This document shows positions 53,513 through 64,000 of a DNA stretch of 64,000 bases, in pieces. The notes beneath the pieces were generated by a model that did not search any database, was not told the DNA's origin, and saw nothing but the letters and a program-made list of their open reading frames with translations. The stretch's first letter is position 1, and each line of letters begins with the position of its first letter. Made by a program: the position numbers and the translations under genes. This stretch comes from Tubiluchus corallicola (taxonomy: Eukaryota; Animalia; Priapulida): the NCBI GenBank assembly GCA_030141605.1, contig JAQGDQ010000089.1, forward strand, positions 612,050-676,049, given 5' to 3'.

Positions 53513-54219
53513 TTCAAGTCTACAAGCTACAGAAACGTTTGAAATTTATATTATTGGTTTGACAGGTTTGCCTTGTTCATTAATTTGATGTGATTAGCAT
53601 TTTACTAGGATTTAATAATATTGACAGAAAGTGACATAGAAATTAATCTAAGCTTTGTATTTTTTTATTTTTGTTTTTGCTCAGTGTTTGTAAATTTGAT
53701 TGCATTGCTGACCATTGTAAATAAATATTGAAATGCTACACCTTCGTTTTTATTGTAAATGCGTGATGTAAACAGATTCTTTTCATTTATGCATTGACAA
53801 TTAATTAATTCAGTTATTTGGCCATTAGCCGAATTGTAAGTTTGATGCCACTTGCAAGCCCACAAATCTGGTGTACTGTAAGAATCATCACGGCCCGACT
53901 AAGCTTTAGGCTAACATCCACATAGGTCGCCACCCTCGCCCCACCAAATACGGTTGTTAAAATGGCGTCCAAAAAGCACTTTCTATAGCGGCTAGTACAA
54001 TAAAAGTATTAGTCATCTAAAAGTTTATAAAATTAACGATTTATGAGCTAAAAAAGACTTGGGTAAGAATTTGTAAACGAACAATACAAATAAACCATAC
54101 AAATTGTTAGTGACATAAAATAAAATACAAATTATACGTACATCGGAATTCAGGGAATCCCTACGAGGAGCATCTTCTAAACTAGTAAAAAATGTGCGAT
54201 GATTATTGAAATTGCAATT

Positions 54220-54412
54220 CCTAGAGAGGCTTTGAGGAAAGCTAAAGAGGTAGCCATGACAAAATGGGAAGGAAGAGTTTCAAAGCTGGGAGCCATGACA
54301 ATTTTTAGAGAGGCTTCGAAGAAAGCTAAACAGGGAGCCATGAGAACATGGGAAGGAAGTGTTTCAAAGCGGGGGAGCCATGATAACATCGGAAGGAAGA
54401 GTTTCAAAGCGG
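54220..54412. repeat. Short degenerate tandem repeat
   Basis: GGAAGGAAG(A/T)GTTTCAAAGC x3 and AGCCATGA x4. Confidence 0.8.
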
Positions 54413-54724
54413 TAAAGTTCTTACTTAGAGAGAGTTTTGCCTTACAGTTTTGTTACACCTAGGGGAAAAACGTTTATAACAATCACCCATCGAGCTGAGC
54501 AGCTGATTGAACTCGTCTGTGTTCAAACGTTTTGTTGTTCTCCAGTTTGATAAAGCTAGCACGTAAAGACTTGTTCACAAGAAAGGGACGGTGAGTGGAG
54601 GTAATTCCTCCAATATCTGCCACACCATTGGAGCACCCCAAATTTGCTGGAAAAAGTGAACTGGCGTGTGACCCAGTTTGGACATCAAGACCTTGCCGAC
54701 AACTTATACTACTGGTCGCAGTGT

Positions 54725-55345
54725 TTAACAAAATTTTTTTATTAATAAGCTTAGCTATTAATTTAACTTTTTCTTTGCTGATGCTGCTATTACGTTTATA
54801 ACATTATTACAAGCATGTCATACGCATTCTAGAAGATTCCAGAAGATTTTAATACCAAAATCTTTATTGACACAATGGATAACTTACATTGCCTTTTGTG
54901 AATAATTATCACACCTTTATGGGGAAAATTTTCATTTTTTACTATAGAATTGGTCGTAGTATTTAATAAAAAAATTCCATTTATCAGCTTAGTTATTAAT
55001 TTAACTTTTTTGTAATAAACATAGAGAACTAATTTGTTAGAGTTAATTTGCTGAGAAAAGTGATGTCTCTTTTCTTTGTAATCTTTGTAATACACAATTA
55101 TATCCTTTGCAGGTACTGCTATTACGCTTATAACATTATTATAAGCATGCCATACGTATTCCAGAAGATTTTAATACGAAAAGCTGTATTGACACAAATG
55201 GATAACTTACGTTGCCTCTCGTTCTAGAACCTGCTATTACGCTTATAACATTATTATAAGCATGCCATACGTATTCCAGAAGATTTTAATACTAAAAGCT
55301 GTATTGACACAAATGGATAACTTGCGTTGCCTCTCGTTCTAGAAA
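54725..55345. repeat. Local duplications, about 114-bp unit x3
   Basis: CTGCTATTACG(C/T)TTATAACATTATTA... at about 54785, 55116 and 55230. Confidence 0.9.
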
Positions 55346-55419
55346 ATGAGGTTCTCCAACGACAGTAAAACAAAGGCCACACAATAGATTAAAACTAGTC
55401 GTTCCGTCATTGTATTCTT

Positions 55420-55760
55420 GCACAACATGTAGAACCTGTATTCTTGTATAATTCTGAATTATGGACAGTCAAAGTTGCCAGAAATCAATGCTTTCCGAAG
55501 ACAAGAGTATAGAAATATGTTGGGTACAAAATGGACAAAGTAAATCTCAAATCAGGATCTACATGATTTAACGAAGAAGATGGAGTGGAATAAGGTCCTA
55601 CAGAAGCCTCGGCTTAGATGGATTGGACATGCCATTAGAACAGCTGATCACATATAAATACTCCACTTGACTTTTATGACGTGAATACTTGGCTTGTGGC
55701 AGCAGATCCGGGAACATGGCATGCCGCCTAACAGGAGCACCAAAGAGTTAGATTATCCCG
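55420..55760 (+). mobile_element. RTE-clade LINE 3' fragment
   Basis: VEPVFLYNSELWT / INAFRRQEYRNMLGTKW..ISNQDL....RLRWIGHAIR, matching the RTE C-terminal signature LLYGxExW...RLRWxGHxxR. Confidence 0.85.
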
Positions 55761-56270
55761 TTAAATGCATCGTCATTGTGCCAAAACTTATTTGGCGTTC
55801 GTGGAAATAGAAAAGAAACTAGAATTCATGTCAGATTTATAATATGATTTCAATTTGATTTTTAAATGTGTTTAAGATTACTGTTTTTTATGTAAATCAA
55901 GATTCATCACTTTTAGGAAATCGGCCTGATATAATTTTTGGGAAGTAGTTTATGAAAATATAGATCTAATCTATGACTATCTCACGAATAAATTAAGAAA
56001 AACATATATTTAGAAATATGACAAATTTTGAGTTTGAAACGCTTGAGTTATTAACTAGTAATCCGTTTTTTCTACAAAGACTGCTGGGCCTGAATCTCCC
56101 AGAGGTATTTGCCCAAGAAGTTTTTTTTTGACCTAATTGTCTTGAGATGCTCGGGATTTACTGCATTCTAGAAAGATTCTGATCACCTTTTACTTTCTAT
56201 CGAAAGACGAAAATTAAAACAAAAAGCAAATTTGTCAGAAGAACATGTAATGCAGATGTATACCTTGCAG

Positions 56271-56586
56271 ATGGCCTTTAATTATGGTGTCAGCCTTCAT
56301 TTCGTTCTGTTTGCTCTGTTCATAATAACCCGCGGATGTGGACCAAATCGTGTAAAGAAGCTGATGGAACAGGACATTGGCTATTGTAGCAAGAAGACTT
56401 TCGTAGGTATGAGGACTGCAAAAAATGCCAAGCTTGTTCCGAGAAGATCAAAGAGCTTAAGAATCTCTATTCAGCGCAAGAACTTGCAAAGACTGTTGTA
56501 AGCAGACGATGGACGAGTGGCCTTATACCCAGGAATGGAGAGATCATTGCAACATTTCAAATATAGATGAAACTTCCGATCCTTAA
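56271..56586 (+). pseudogene. Small secreted cysteine-rich protein gene, copy 2 (two 1-nt frameshifts relative to copy 1)
   Basis: MAFNYGVSLHFVLFALFIITRG-CGPNRVKKLMEQDIGYCSKK.. / KKCQACSEKIKELKNL / TCKDCCKQTMDEWPYTQEWRDHCNISNIDETSDP*; conserved donor (56105), acceptor (56270) and AATAAA (about 56657). Confidence 0.7.
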
Positions 56587-58947
56587 AAGTATTTCCAATG
56601 TGCTGATGTTTATTCTCTAACAACATTAAAAAATAACAATGTCTAATCAAACAGCAATAAAGGTAAAGTGTTTCAATTAAAATTTAAAAATGCTTTGTTT
56701 AGTTTTAACCTCCTAACTTTTATGCGAACAGTATTTCTTCTTTTGTATCTTTTGAATAAATTTCGTGTGTACGATTTTTTTGCATTGAATATTTTAGATG
56801 ATATACTTTTTTATGCGAATAAAGAGTAATTAAAGATATTGATAAGATATAATCAGAAACAATTTTGCTTAAATAAAAATAGCTTTCTCAGTGTTACATG
56901 TACCCATTTCAGGTATTAATGGTTTAAACAAAAATCTTTCTTTTTTAAATTGTTCTGTCATCGGAATCTTGCCGCCAGACCAGAGTTATATGTAAGCGAG
57001 AGGTTTCAGTTCGAATACAACGTCCTGAAAGTAAAATAGCAAACCGAATAAGTGGGAGACATTAAATCACCATTAAAAGAGCGGCATCAATATGCTTGAC
57101 TAGCCTGCTAATCGTTAAATAAAAGATTAAACTTTGAAACCATCAAACTGTTAACGTTTTGTAAATGTGAACGAAGCTTTATGGTTGAATTGAACAAGTA
57201 TCCGGATAAGCACAAACCATAAAGAGTAATCTACCCTTGAGGGGTAACCAACCTCTGACACTGACGTCTAAAACAGTTGGACTACAAGCTATGGAAAGAG
57301 TAGTTAATCACACAAGGCTTATTAATGATTAAGTATTAATGATATTTTGGATGATGGAGCCGTGGTTTCGCTATTACGCTAATACTTCTGTGAATAAGGC
57401 TTTTGTGATTAGCTACATCTTTATTTTTAGCAAGTTAACGCATTTTAGTTCAAAGTAACTTTCTGCGGCCAAATTTGTGGCTTCTTTTGCATAAATATAT
57501 AAGATGGTTATTAGCAAAATTTACGTATAAAAACATTAGGTGTTGCAGCAGATTAGAGAAATTCTAAACTTCTTAATAAGCTAATACCTTTTTTACTATT
57601 GTTTAGCGTAAGATAAACATTGTAATATAACGTAGTTATGAGTCAGGTTCATTAACTTTTCTTAAATAATAGTTATAAAAATATCAGTTAATGAAAGGAA
57701 AATTTCCGACAAAGTTAAAGACAAACTTCTTTTTAGATCGGAACCAAAGTCTTAATTACGAACAAACGAAACAAACTTGACACTGCAATTGCAGTTTATT
57801 TGGTACTAGCCGCCGTCAGCTAAGTACAAATCTAAAACTGTAGTTACAAGCCACTGACTTATTAAACATAATGTTATAATTTATGTAAAACAGTAAATGT
57901 AAAAGTTAGAGCACAGCCTGGATTTGAAGCAGACAAATCCCTGTACCAAACGTTGGCTGGCCAGGTACAACGGATGAGTCTAGGACTGTCACGGTAGTCG
58001 AGGAACGAACGCGGTAAGCTACGAGTTATGAATTCTGTTTTGTAAGCAGAAGATACCTGATTCAAATGCAAGCAGTTCGTGATTTTAACTTTTGACACCG
58101 CGGTACATAGAGCCACGTGGTTTCTGCTCCTTCTTGTCCTTCGGAAAGCGATAGAGAATGCGATTTGTTTACTGACCTAAACCAATGACGTGTCCCCTAC
58201 ATAAAAAATTAAAACAGTAAAAAAGACTAATTCTTTGTTCAGCATTGAACCATAGCCGCTCACCCGACAAACGGATGCGTCTCACATACGCTAAAGAAAC
58301 ATGAATACAAAATAATACTTCAGTTTGCGGTATAAGCGTAGGAAATTGCTCATATGCCAAAACGATTGACCGTCTCCGCACATACTCGGCTTCTAACTGT
58401 AGCTTGACCTATTTCATCATCGTAGCAAACAATGAATGATGGAGTTTTAAAAGGAAGGTGGAAACAGTAATAAAAAAAATCGGATGTCAAAATTTTTATA
58501 TTTCAGTACATGATAGCGGTGTTGACATGCATATATTTATAGTACAATATGATTGTACGCGAAGTTTTAATTTCAATGCAGAAAAATGTTGTACGTCAAG
58601 CCTTTCACAGCTGTGTGAAATAGCACACGTAGGTCTGTAATTATTTTGTTATTTCTACTCTTATACTCTGTTTTATTGTTTTCTGTGATTCATTCTATCG
58701 TACACTCAGCATATGAGCTATATTTTATGCGAAATGAATAAAATAAATATTATAACATTAAGTGACCAGCAAATTAACACACTAAATAAACAATTGATTA
58801 AATAGCAAATCATCATCATCATTATCATCGGAGGTTCATTACCTCTATTGCACACATTGGACATACAGAATTATAATAAATTATAAAGAAATCACCAATT
58901 AATGAAGAATCCACTGACCAAGGCACTACCCTACATTTGCAATCGCT

Positions 58948-59502
58948 TCAGCCACTTCGGTGAGCACTTCTGCAATGGCCATCCTCTTCTTTCTCAAGTA
59001 ATGCCTCACTCACCGACAAGCTCTTGTCTGCTCGTACTCGTGGTCTTTCTCCTTGTGCTTGCACACCTTGTTTCCTTCTCTCCATAGTGTAAGCATCGTA
59101 CTTTCTTCTCATCCTTTCTGTTCTCCTCATTCGCACAACCTTCTTCTCAGTAAAATTAGCATTGTAACGTCTCCTGTAGTCCCCTTCATACCCACTGTCG
59201 TCACTTTCTATATGTGCTAATACAATTGTGGTTCCAAGGAACATCCACCCACTTGCGGTGCCTTGGCCAGAAGAAGTTTCAAACTTACCATGATTGTCAT
59301 TGTTTCTTGTGTTTCTCCTTCTCTTTTGCATCTTTATTTTCTTTTCCTTTCTTGGTGTTATTTTCTTTTCTTCTTCTTCGTCGTCATCTCCGGCGTATTC
59401 CAGTCATCAAAATTTACTTTATATGTGGAATTTCCTATAAATATGTGCATCGAATCTTGCAGGGAATCACTGGAAGGCAAAATCCCTTCTACACAATTCA
59501 TC
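58948..59502 (-). pseudogene. Unknown ORF or exon adjacent to the BEL element, copy 1
   Basis: TTTTTTTACAG| acceptor then 185 codons in one frame (a few stops in the 5' third, then an open stretch containing the 127-aa ORF); second copy at 62907-63196. Confidence 0.5.
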
Positions 59503-60234
59503 CTGTAAAAAAAGCAGAAGTAATGAAGCAATCATATACTAAAAAATGCTGCTACATTCAAATATTAATGTTATATTATTCACATAAGTAACGATTTTGG
59601 CGTCTAGCGTATACAGTTTAAACATCCTTGAATTACTTCTTGTACTGCCGCACGACTTTTGAGTACCCAGTATGCACATCTCAGTTGTGCTAATGTCTGT
59701 GATACTCCACTATGGAGCTGTTGCTCATGTACTCTCTGAATAATTAGTGAGTGGCATGATCTTTTCGTGGCAAGAGAGCTGGATTTGTGCTAGCATATGT
59801 AAAATCCGAATGTTGAATCCTGCCATTACATCTCAACAGGTTTTCAGAATCCAAATACAGACCTAGCTGCTGTACTAAGCAGTTGTTTTTATTAGGCTGC
59901 AAGTCTCTGATCTCTTTGCTGAAGTGTTGACGTTGGACGTGCTTAATCAGAATTATTTCTGCCTTTACTTGCTCAGATGCCAAAGGCCTGTTTGCACATC
60001 ATTCTTAGTGTGTTTCCATCTACCTAAAGCTCTCACAACATAGGCCATTACTCGTACTGCCTTCTCGAAACTCGAGTACCTCGTTAAATCAACTAGTGAC
60101 TCATTGGGTTGCTCACTAATTGTCAAGAAAACTGGCACTTCGCATTCTCCCATGTCAGAATCTATCTGTTGCTGATCCTCGGCAGAAGTAACTGGTATAT
60201 CTGATTGTGGCCAGTATTCTTTGGGTTCTTTCAA

Positions 60235-61420
60235 CTATGCTGGAGGGTTGAACCATATGCTATTCATTAAGGTCTCAGAGTCCTTTACACCATGAGAAGT
60301 CAAGTCTGCTGGGTTTTCTTCTGTTGACACAAAGTGAAATGTAGCGTTCTGAAGAGACTTGATCTCTTCAACTCTGTTCCTCACAAACATTTTCAAGGAG
60401 CGTCCATTTAGCACCCAAAATAATGCGCATTCACTAAAGATGTGCACTTTGTTGATACTTAATTGAAGATGTGGCAATAAAAACTTGGTGCATCGAACTG
60501 CTAGTAGTATTCCAAGTAACTCCAGTCTAGGAACTGAAATTTGGCGTGGTGGTGCAAGCCTAGTCTTCGCATAAATCAGCTTTACAATGCCTGATCCATC
60601 AGGCTGAACAAATCTAAAGTAAGATACTGCACCATAACACCATGAAGAGCTGTCACTGAATGACACAATATCTACTTTGCTAAAATCACCTGTTTCAGTG
60701 TATCTGGGAATCCTCAGACTGTAAATTGATGATAAGGTGTTTGCAACATTTTCCCACTGAACATGCTGCTCATGGGTGAACACAGTGTCCCAATCAATAT
60801 GTTCTTTCCATAATGTTACTATGAATCTCTTTGCTTCGACTAATAAAGGACTAATCCATCCAAGAGGTTCAAAAACGGCTGATACATTTTTCAGTGCTTC
60901 TCTTTTTGTGTTGACCGCATGTAAATCACTTGGAGCTGGACGAGAGTAACTGACCTCATCAGTTTGGGAGTGCCAAATAAAACCTAAAACCTTCTGCGTT
61001 GGTTTGACTTCTGCTCGATCATCTGAATAAAATTGCTGGTCTGGCCCTTTAATGTTGGAAAACCACTGATTCATGTTCATGGAAATCTCAGAAAATACTT
61101 GCTTTGCTGCTTGATATAAGTGTATTGCATCAGCTTCATCCTCTACCGTCGCCAAAAGATTGTCTACATACATGTTCCTAAGTATGCGCACACTGTACTC
61201 GTTGGTAGATTCAGTAAGATGCTTTGTAAGTGTAGCCGTTAGCAAATACGGTGAAGACACTACCCCAAAATTAACTCTTTGGTAACGAAAATGCTGTATG
61301 TTGTCATCGCAAATTGGCTTTGTAATATCTTTCACCCAAAGAAAAAGAACCAAATCACGGGAGGTGTAGTCAAGCTCGATTTGTAAGAACGCCTTAGATA
61401 AATCACGCATCATGATATAC
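60235..61420 (-). pseudogene. pol: BEL/Pao pol fragment (RT plus RNase H/Peptidase_A17-like region)
   Basis: Part of the 439-aa ORF; YVDN catalytic motif typical of BEL/Pao. Confidence 0.95.
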
Positions 61421-62587
61421 TTGTGTATCATAAATTCCTTCAAAATTGTTTGTAGTCGCGAATTCATTGTCTGCTGTAGATGCTTCAGAAACAATCGCGC
61501 CAGTAGAGACGTTTTGTAACTTTTGATTTGGCAGCTTGCCAGCAGCTGGCTCAATTTTCAGAAGTAGCTTGCTGCGAAATATACGTAAGTCTTTAGCAGT
61601 CCACCTTTTAGTTTTGTCCTTGGTAAGATGTAGATGAAACAAAACGCTACGTGGCAATTTGCTTTCCAAAATTGTGAGGAAGTGCCTATGATTAATATCC
61701 TCTCCTAAAACTCCCAAACTCCTCAAGTGTTTTTCAATCATGTTCTGGCACTTTCTTAGACTTTCTGCGTTGTCTGTAGCGACAGGTACTTTCTCAAGTT
61801 GACGATAATGTGTATCAATAATTAAGTCCTTTTGCCCAAATCGCCTTTCCAAAATTTTCACAACTTCTTTGTAATTGTCACCTGTGACCTGGAATCCTTC
61901 GATTACTGCTAGTGCATCACCTCGTAGCCTACCACGCAAAACTGTCAATTTGTCTACATCTGAATACCTGCGTTGTCATGCACTGTTGCCTTGTAAGCAT
62001 CACAGAATGATTGGAATTTTGTAATATCGCCATCAAACGGCTGAAGGTCAACTATTGGTAGGTGTAAAGATTAATGTTCTTGCTGTGGTTTCTGTGAAAT
62101 TTGTAGTTTCTCTACTAACTTGGTCATTTGCTCTAAAAATTGTTGTTGCCCACTAGCTTCAGATTTAGCCGACCTATATTCCTCCTGTTTTTGCGCTTGA
62201 AATGCAGCCGATTTTTTCTGCAGTGACATCAACATCACCTCAATTGTTTCTAGTTTGTTCATCCTCAGTTAAAAATTCGTCTAACTCTGTTTGCTGGGCA
62301 GGCTCGAGTGTCAATTCAGACGCTTCTTCTTGTAGCTTCTCGGACGCACTGGTAAATTTTTGTATTTTGTTAGATATTTGCGCTATACTTTCATTGATTT
62401 CTGCCAAAGCTGCAATACTAAAGCCTACAGTGGGTTCTAGTAATTTTAAAGCTGACTCGCTAGCCCGTTTTGCTGCATTGAGAAATCGTGTTCTATTGGC
62501 TTTCAGTCTCGATAGCTTCTGCTTACTTTTCTCGTCCATTTTTTACGTTGATTATTTAAGTTAAATCGCTAATCTTACCGTGAAAAT

Positions 62588-62606
62588 TCCCGGGTTTCTT
62601 GCACCA
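62588..62606 (-). promoter_or_regulatory. Primer-binding site, tRNA-Phe-like
   Basis: Minus strand TGGTGCAAGAAACCCGGGA versus tRNA-Phe 3' complement TGGTGCCGAAACCCGGGA; 2 nt from the LTR end and upstream of the gag ATG at 62539. Confidence 0.8.
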
Positions 62607-62608
62607 CT

Positions 62609-62906
62609 TGTGGCGATGCCCTGTCACTTCGCCCAAATTTCAGAGCTGATTATCTATAATTTACTCGAAAATCGTAAACAGTCAAACTTGCCACAAAAAA
62701 TTGTATATTGATATCTTCTGTATTACACAACTTGCGGTGTGAAACAAAAACTTCTATGACAATTTCACAAACAAAGACGCTAACGAAACTTTTTATAACA
62801 CTAGTAATCTAAACAAGCATGTCCGCCCTTTTACACTCGTCTTCTGCAGACTCCTGCGCGCCGAAACAATCCCCGGTCACGTGACCATTCTGATTGCGTC
62901 AGCACA
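62609..62906 (-). repeat. Putative LTR (298 bp)
   Basis: TG...CA with imperfect inverted ends TGTGCTGACGC / TGTGGCGATGC; abuts the PBS; purine tract GGGGGGAAGGGAACAAGG directly upstream on the minus strand. Confidence 0.65.
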
Positions 62907-63291
62907 CCTTGTTCCCTTCCCCCCATAGTGTAAGCATCGCACTTTCTTCTCATCCTTTCTGTTCTTCTCATTCGCACAACCTTCTTCTCAGTAAAATTAA
63001 CACTATAACGTTTCCTGCATACCCCTTCATACCCACTGTCATCACTTTCAATATGCGGGAATACAATTGTGGTTCCAAGGAAGAGCCACCCGCTCGCAGT
63101 GCAAAATTGACTGTAAATGTGGAATTTCCTATAAATATGTGCATCGAATCTTGCAGGGAATCACTGGAAAGCAAAATCTCTTCTTCACAATTCATCCTGT
63201 AAAAAACATAGAAATAATGAAACAATGCTACTACATTGAAATATTAATGTTATATTATTCAAATAAGTAGCGATTTTGGCGTCTAGCGTAT
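62902..63291 (-). repeat. Diverged direct duplicate of 59061-59612 (unknown ORF, copy 2)
   Basis: Alignable by eye from GCACACCTTGTT to GATTTTGGCGTCTAGCGTATA; lacks the acidic/basic middle segment. Confidence 0.9.
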
Positions 63292-63470
63292 ATCGATAAA
63301 TTCTATTGCACTATTGCACAGATAGTTGATGTGGACATATTCAAATATCTACTGAGCTTTGCATTGGATGATCTCATTTGTGTAATCAATATCAAGCATC
63401 ACTGCTTTTCACGTTGTATATATATATATATATATAACAGTATATATATATATACACTAATAGATTTTAT

Positions 63471-63545
63471 GGTAGGGTTGGTTGAGCGGCAGCATTCATC
63501 TGCTTCATGCGAGTGGTGTGAGTTCGATGCTAGCTCTGGGAATTA
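63471..63545 (+). mobile_element. tRNA-derived SINE head, degenerate
   Basis: TGGTTGAGCGG A-box and GAGTTCGATGC B-box at tRNA spacing. Confidence 0.4.
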
Positions 63546-64000
63546 CTACATATAAACCTTGGCTAATTACCTCTCAGATAAAGCATACATGCAGGTTTAA
63601 TGTGACTGGGACACTCCTGGCGGTGAGGACTCCAGTCACGCCACAAACATCTTTTTGGGTTGGCCCTCCTCGTTTGAGTGATTTCTGACTTGCAGAGTGC
63701 CAAAACGTATATTGTCTGCTCAGTTAAATGGAATATGCATTGCAAAGCTCAAGAGGTATTTAAATTTAATGCACATTATCTGCTCTGCATAGTAATATTA
63801 ATATTAGCTGTGGAGAACTGTTCCTTTACACTACGGGACAAAATCAGGCGTAGGCTTTAACTGAAAAGATTTCATCTCACATATCATTTTTTGGCACACA
63901 TTAATTGTATATGCTACTTAGAGTATTTTAGATTATTTATATCGTATATACATGTGTATTAATTAACAGTATTGGCAAAAAAACTATTTTAAAAATTCCT

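Larger units (their letters stand above)
59600..62906 (-). mobile_element. BEL/Pao LTR retrotransposon, internally deleted and frameshifted
   Basis: Gag pieces 62539-61403 (LRGDALAVIEGFQVTGDNYKEVVKILERRFG, DUF1759-like); RT DLSKAFLQI, RVNFGVVSSPYLL, MYVDNL; RNase H-like FSDSS, AKTRLAP, PRLELLG, ENPADL; integrase HHCC start (QLHSG...CLNC). Gag knuckles, protease, integrase core and second LTR are not seen. Confidence 0.97.

Noticed and set aside
56403-56473. Intron that would repair the frameshifts in Cys-rich copy 2
   Set aside because: Neither GT donor joined to ...CTATTCAG restores the CKDCC frame, and the segment aligns as coding (CxxC) with copy 1
59061-59612. 3' LTR of the BEL element
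   Set aside because: It does not contain the PBS-adjacent 62609-62901 sequence and starts within integrase-like codons

Overview
AT-rich, repeat-dense eukaryotic DNA, probably from an invertebrate animal. It shows spliceosomal GT-AG signals, many microsatellites, and animal-type LINE, LTR and DNA transposons. There is no operon structure, rRNA, intact tRNA or CRISPR array, and most ORFs in the supplied track are microsatellite or antisense artefacts. Well-supported features: a deleted and frameshifted BEL/Pao LTR retrotransposon (59.6-62.9 kb, minus strand), several non-LTR retrotransposon fragments, MITEs with clear TIRs/TSDs (hAT, PIF/Harbinger, Kolobok-like), tRNA-derived SINE heads and tandem repeats. 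The most interesting signal is a set of duplicated, decaying host-type genes that I cannot assign to known families. These are (i) two paralogous genes for a signal-peptide-bearing protein with about 8 Cys (17.6 kb and 56.3 kb) with complementary lesions; (ii) a tandem array of at least 4 decayed copies of a gene with alpha/beta-hydrolase-like motifs (45.7-50.5 kb); (iii) an inverted pair of coding remnants flanking that array; and (iv) a duplicated ORF next to the BEL element whose substitutions fall mostly at synonymous sites. All translations and alignments were done by eye and need computational confirmation.
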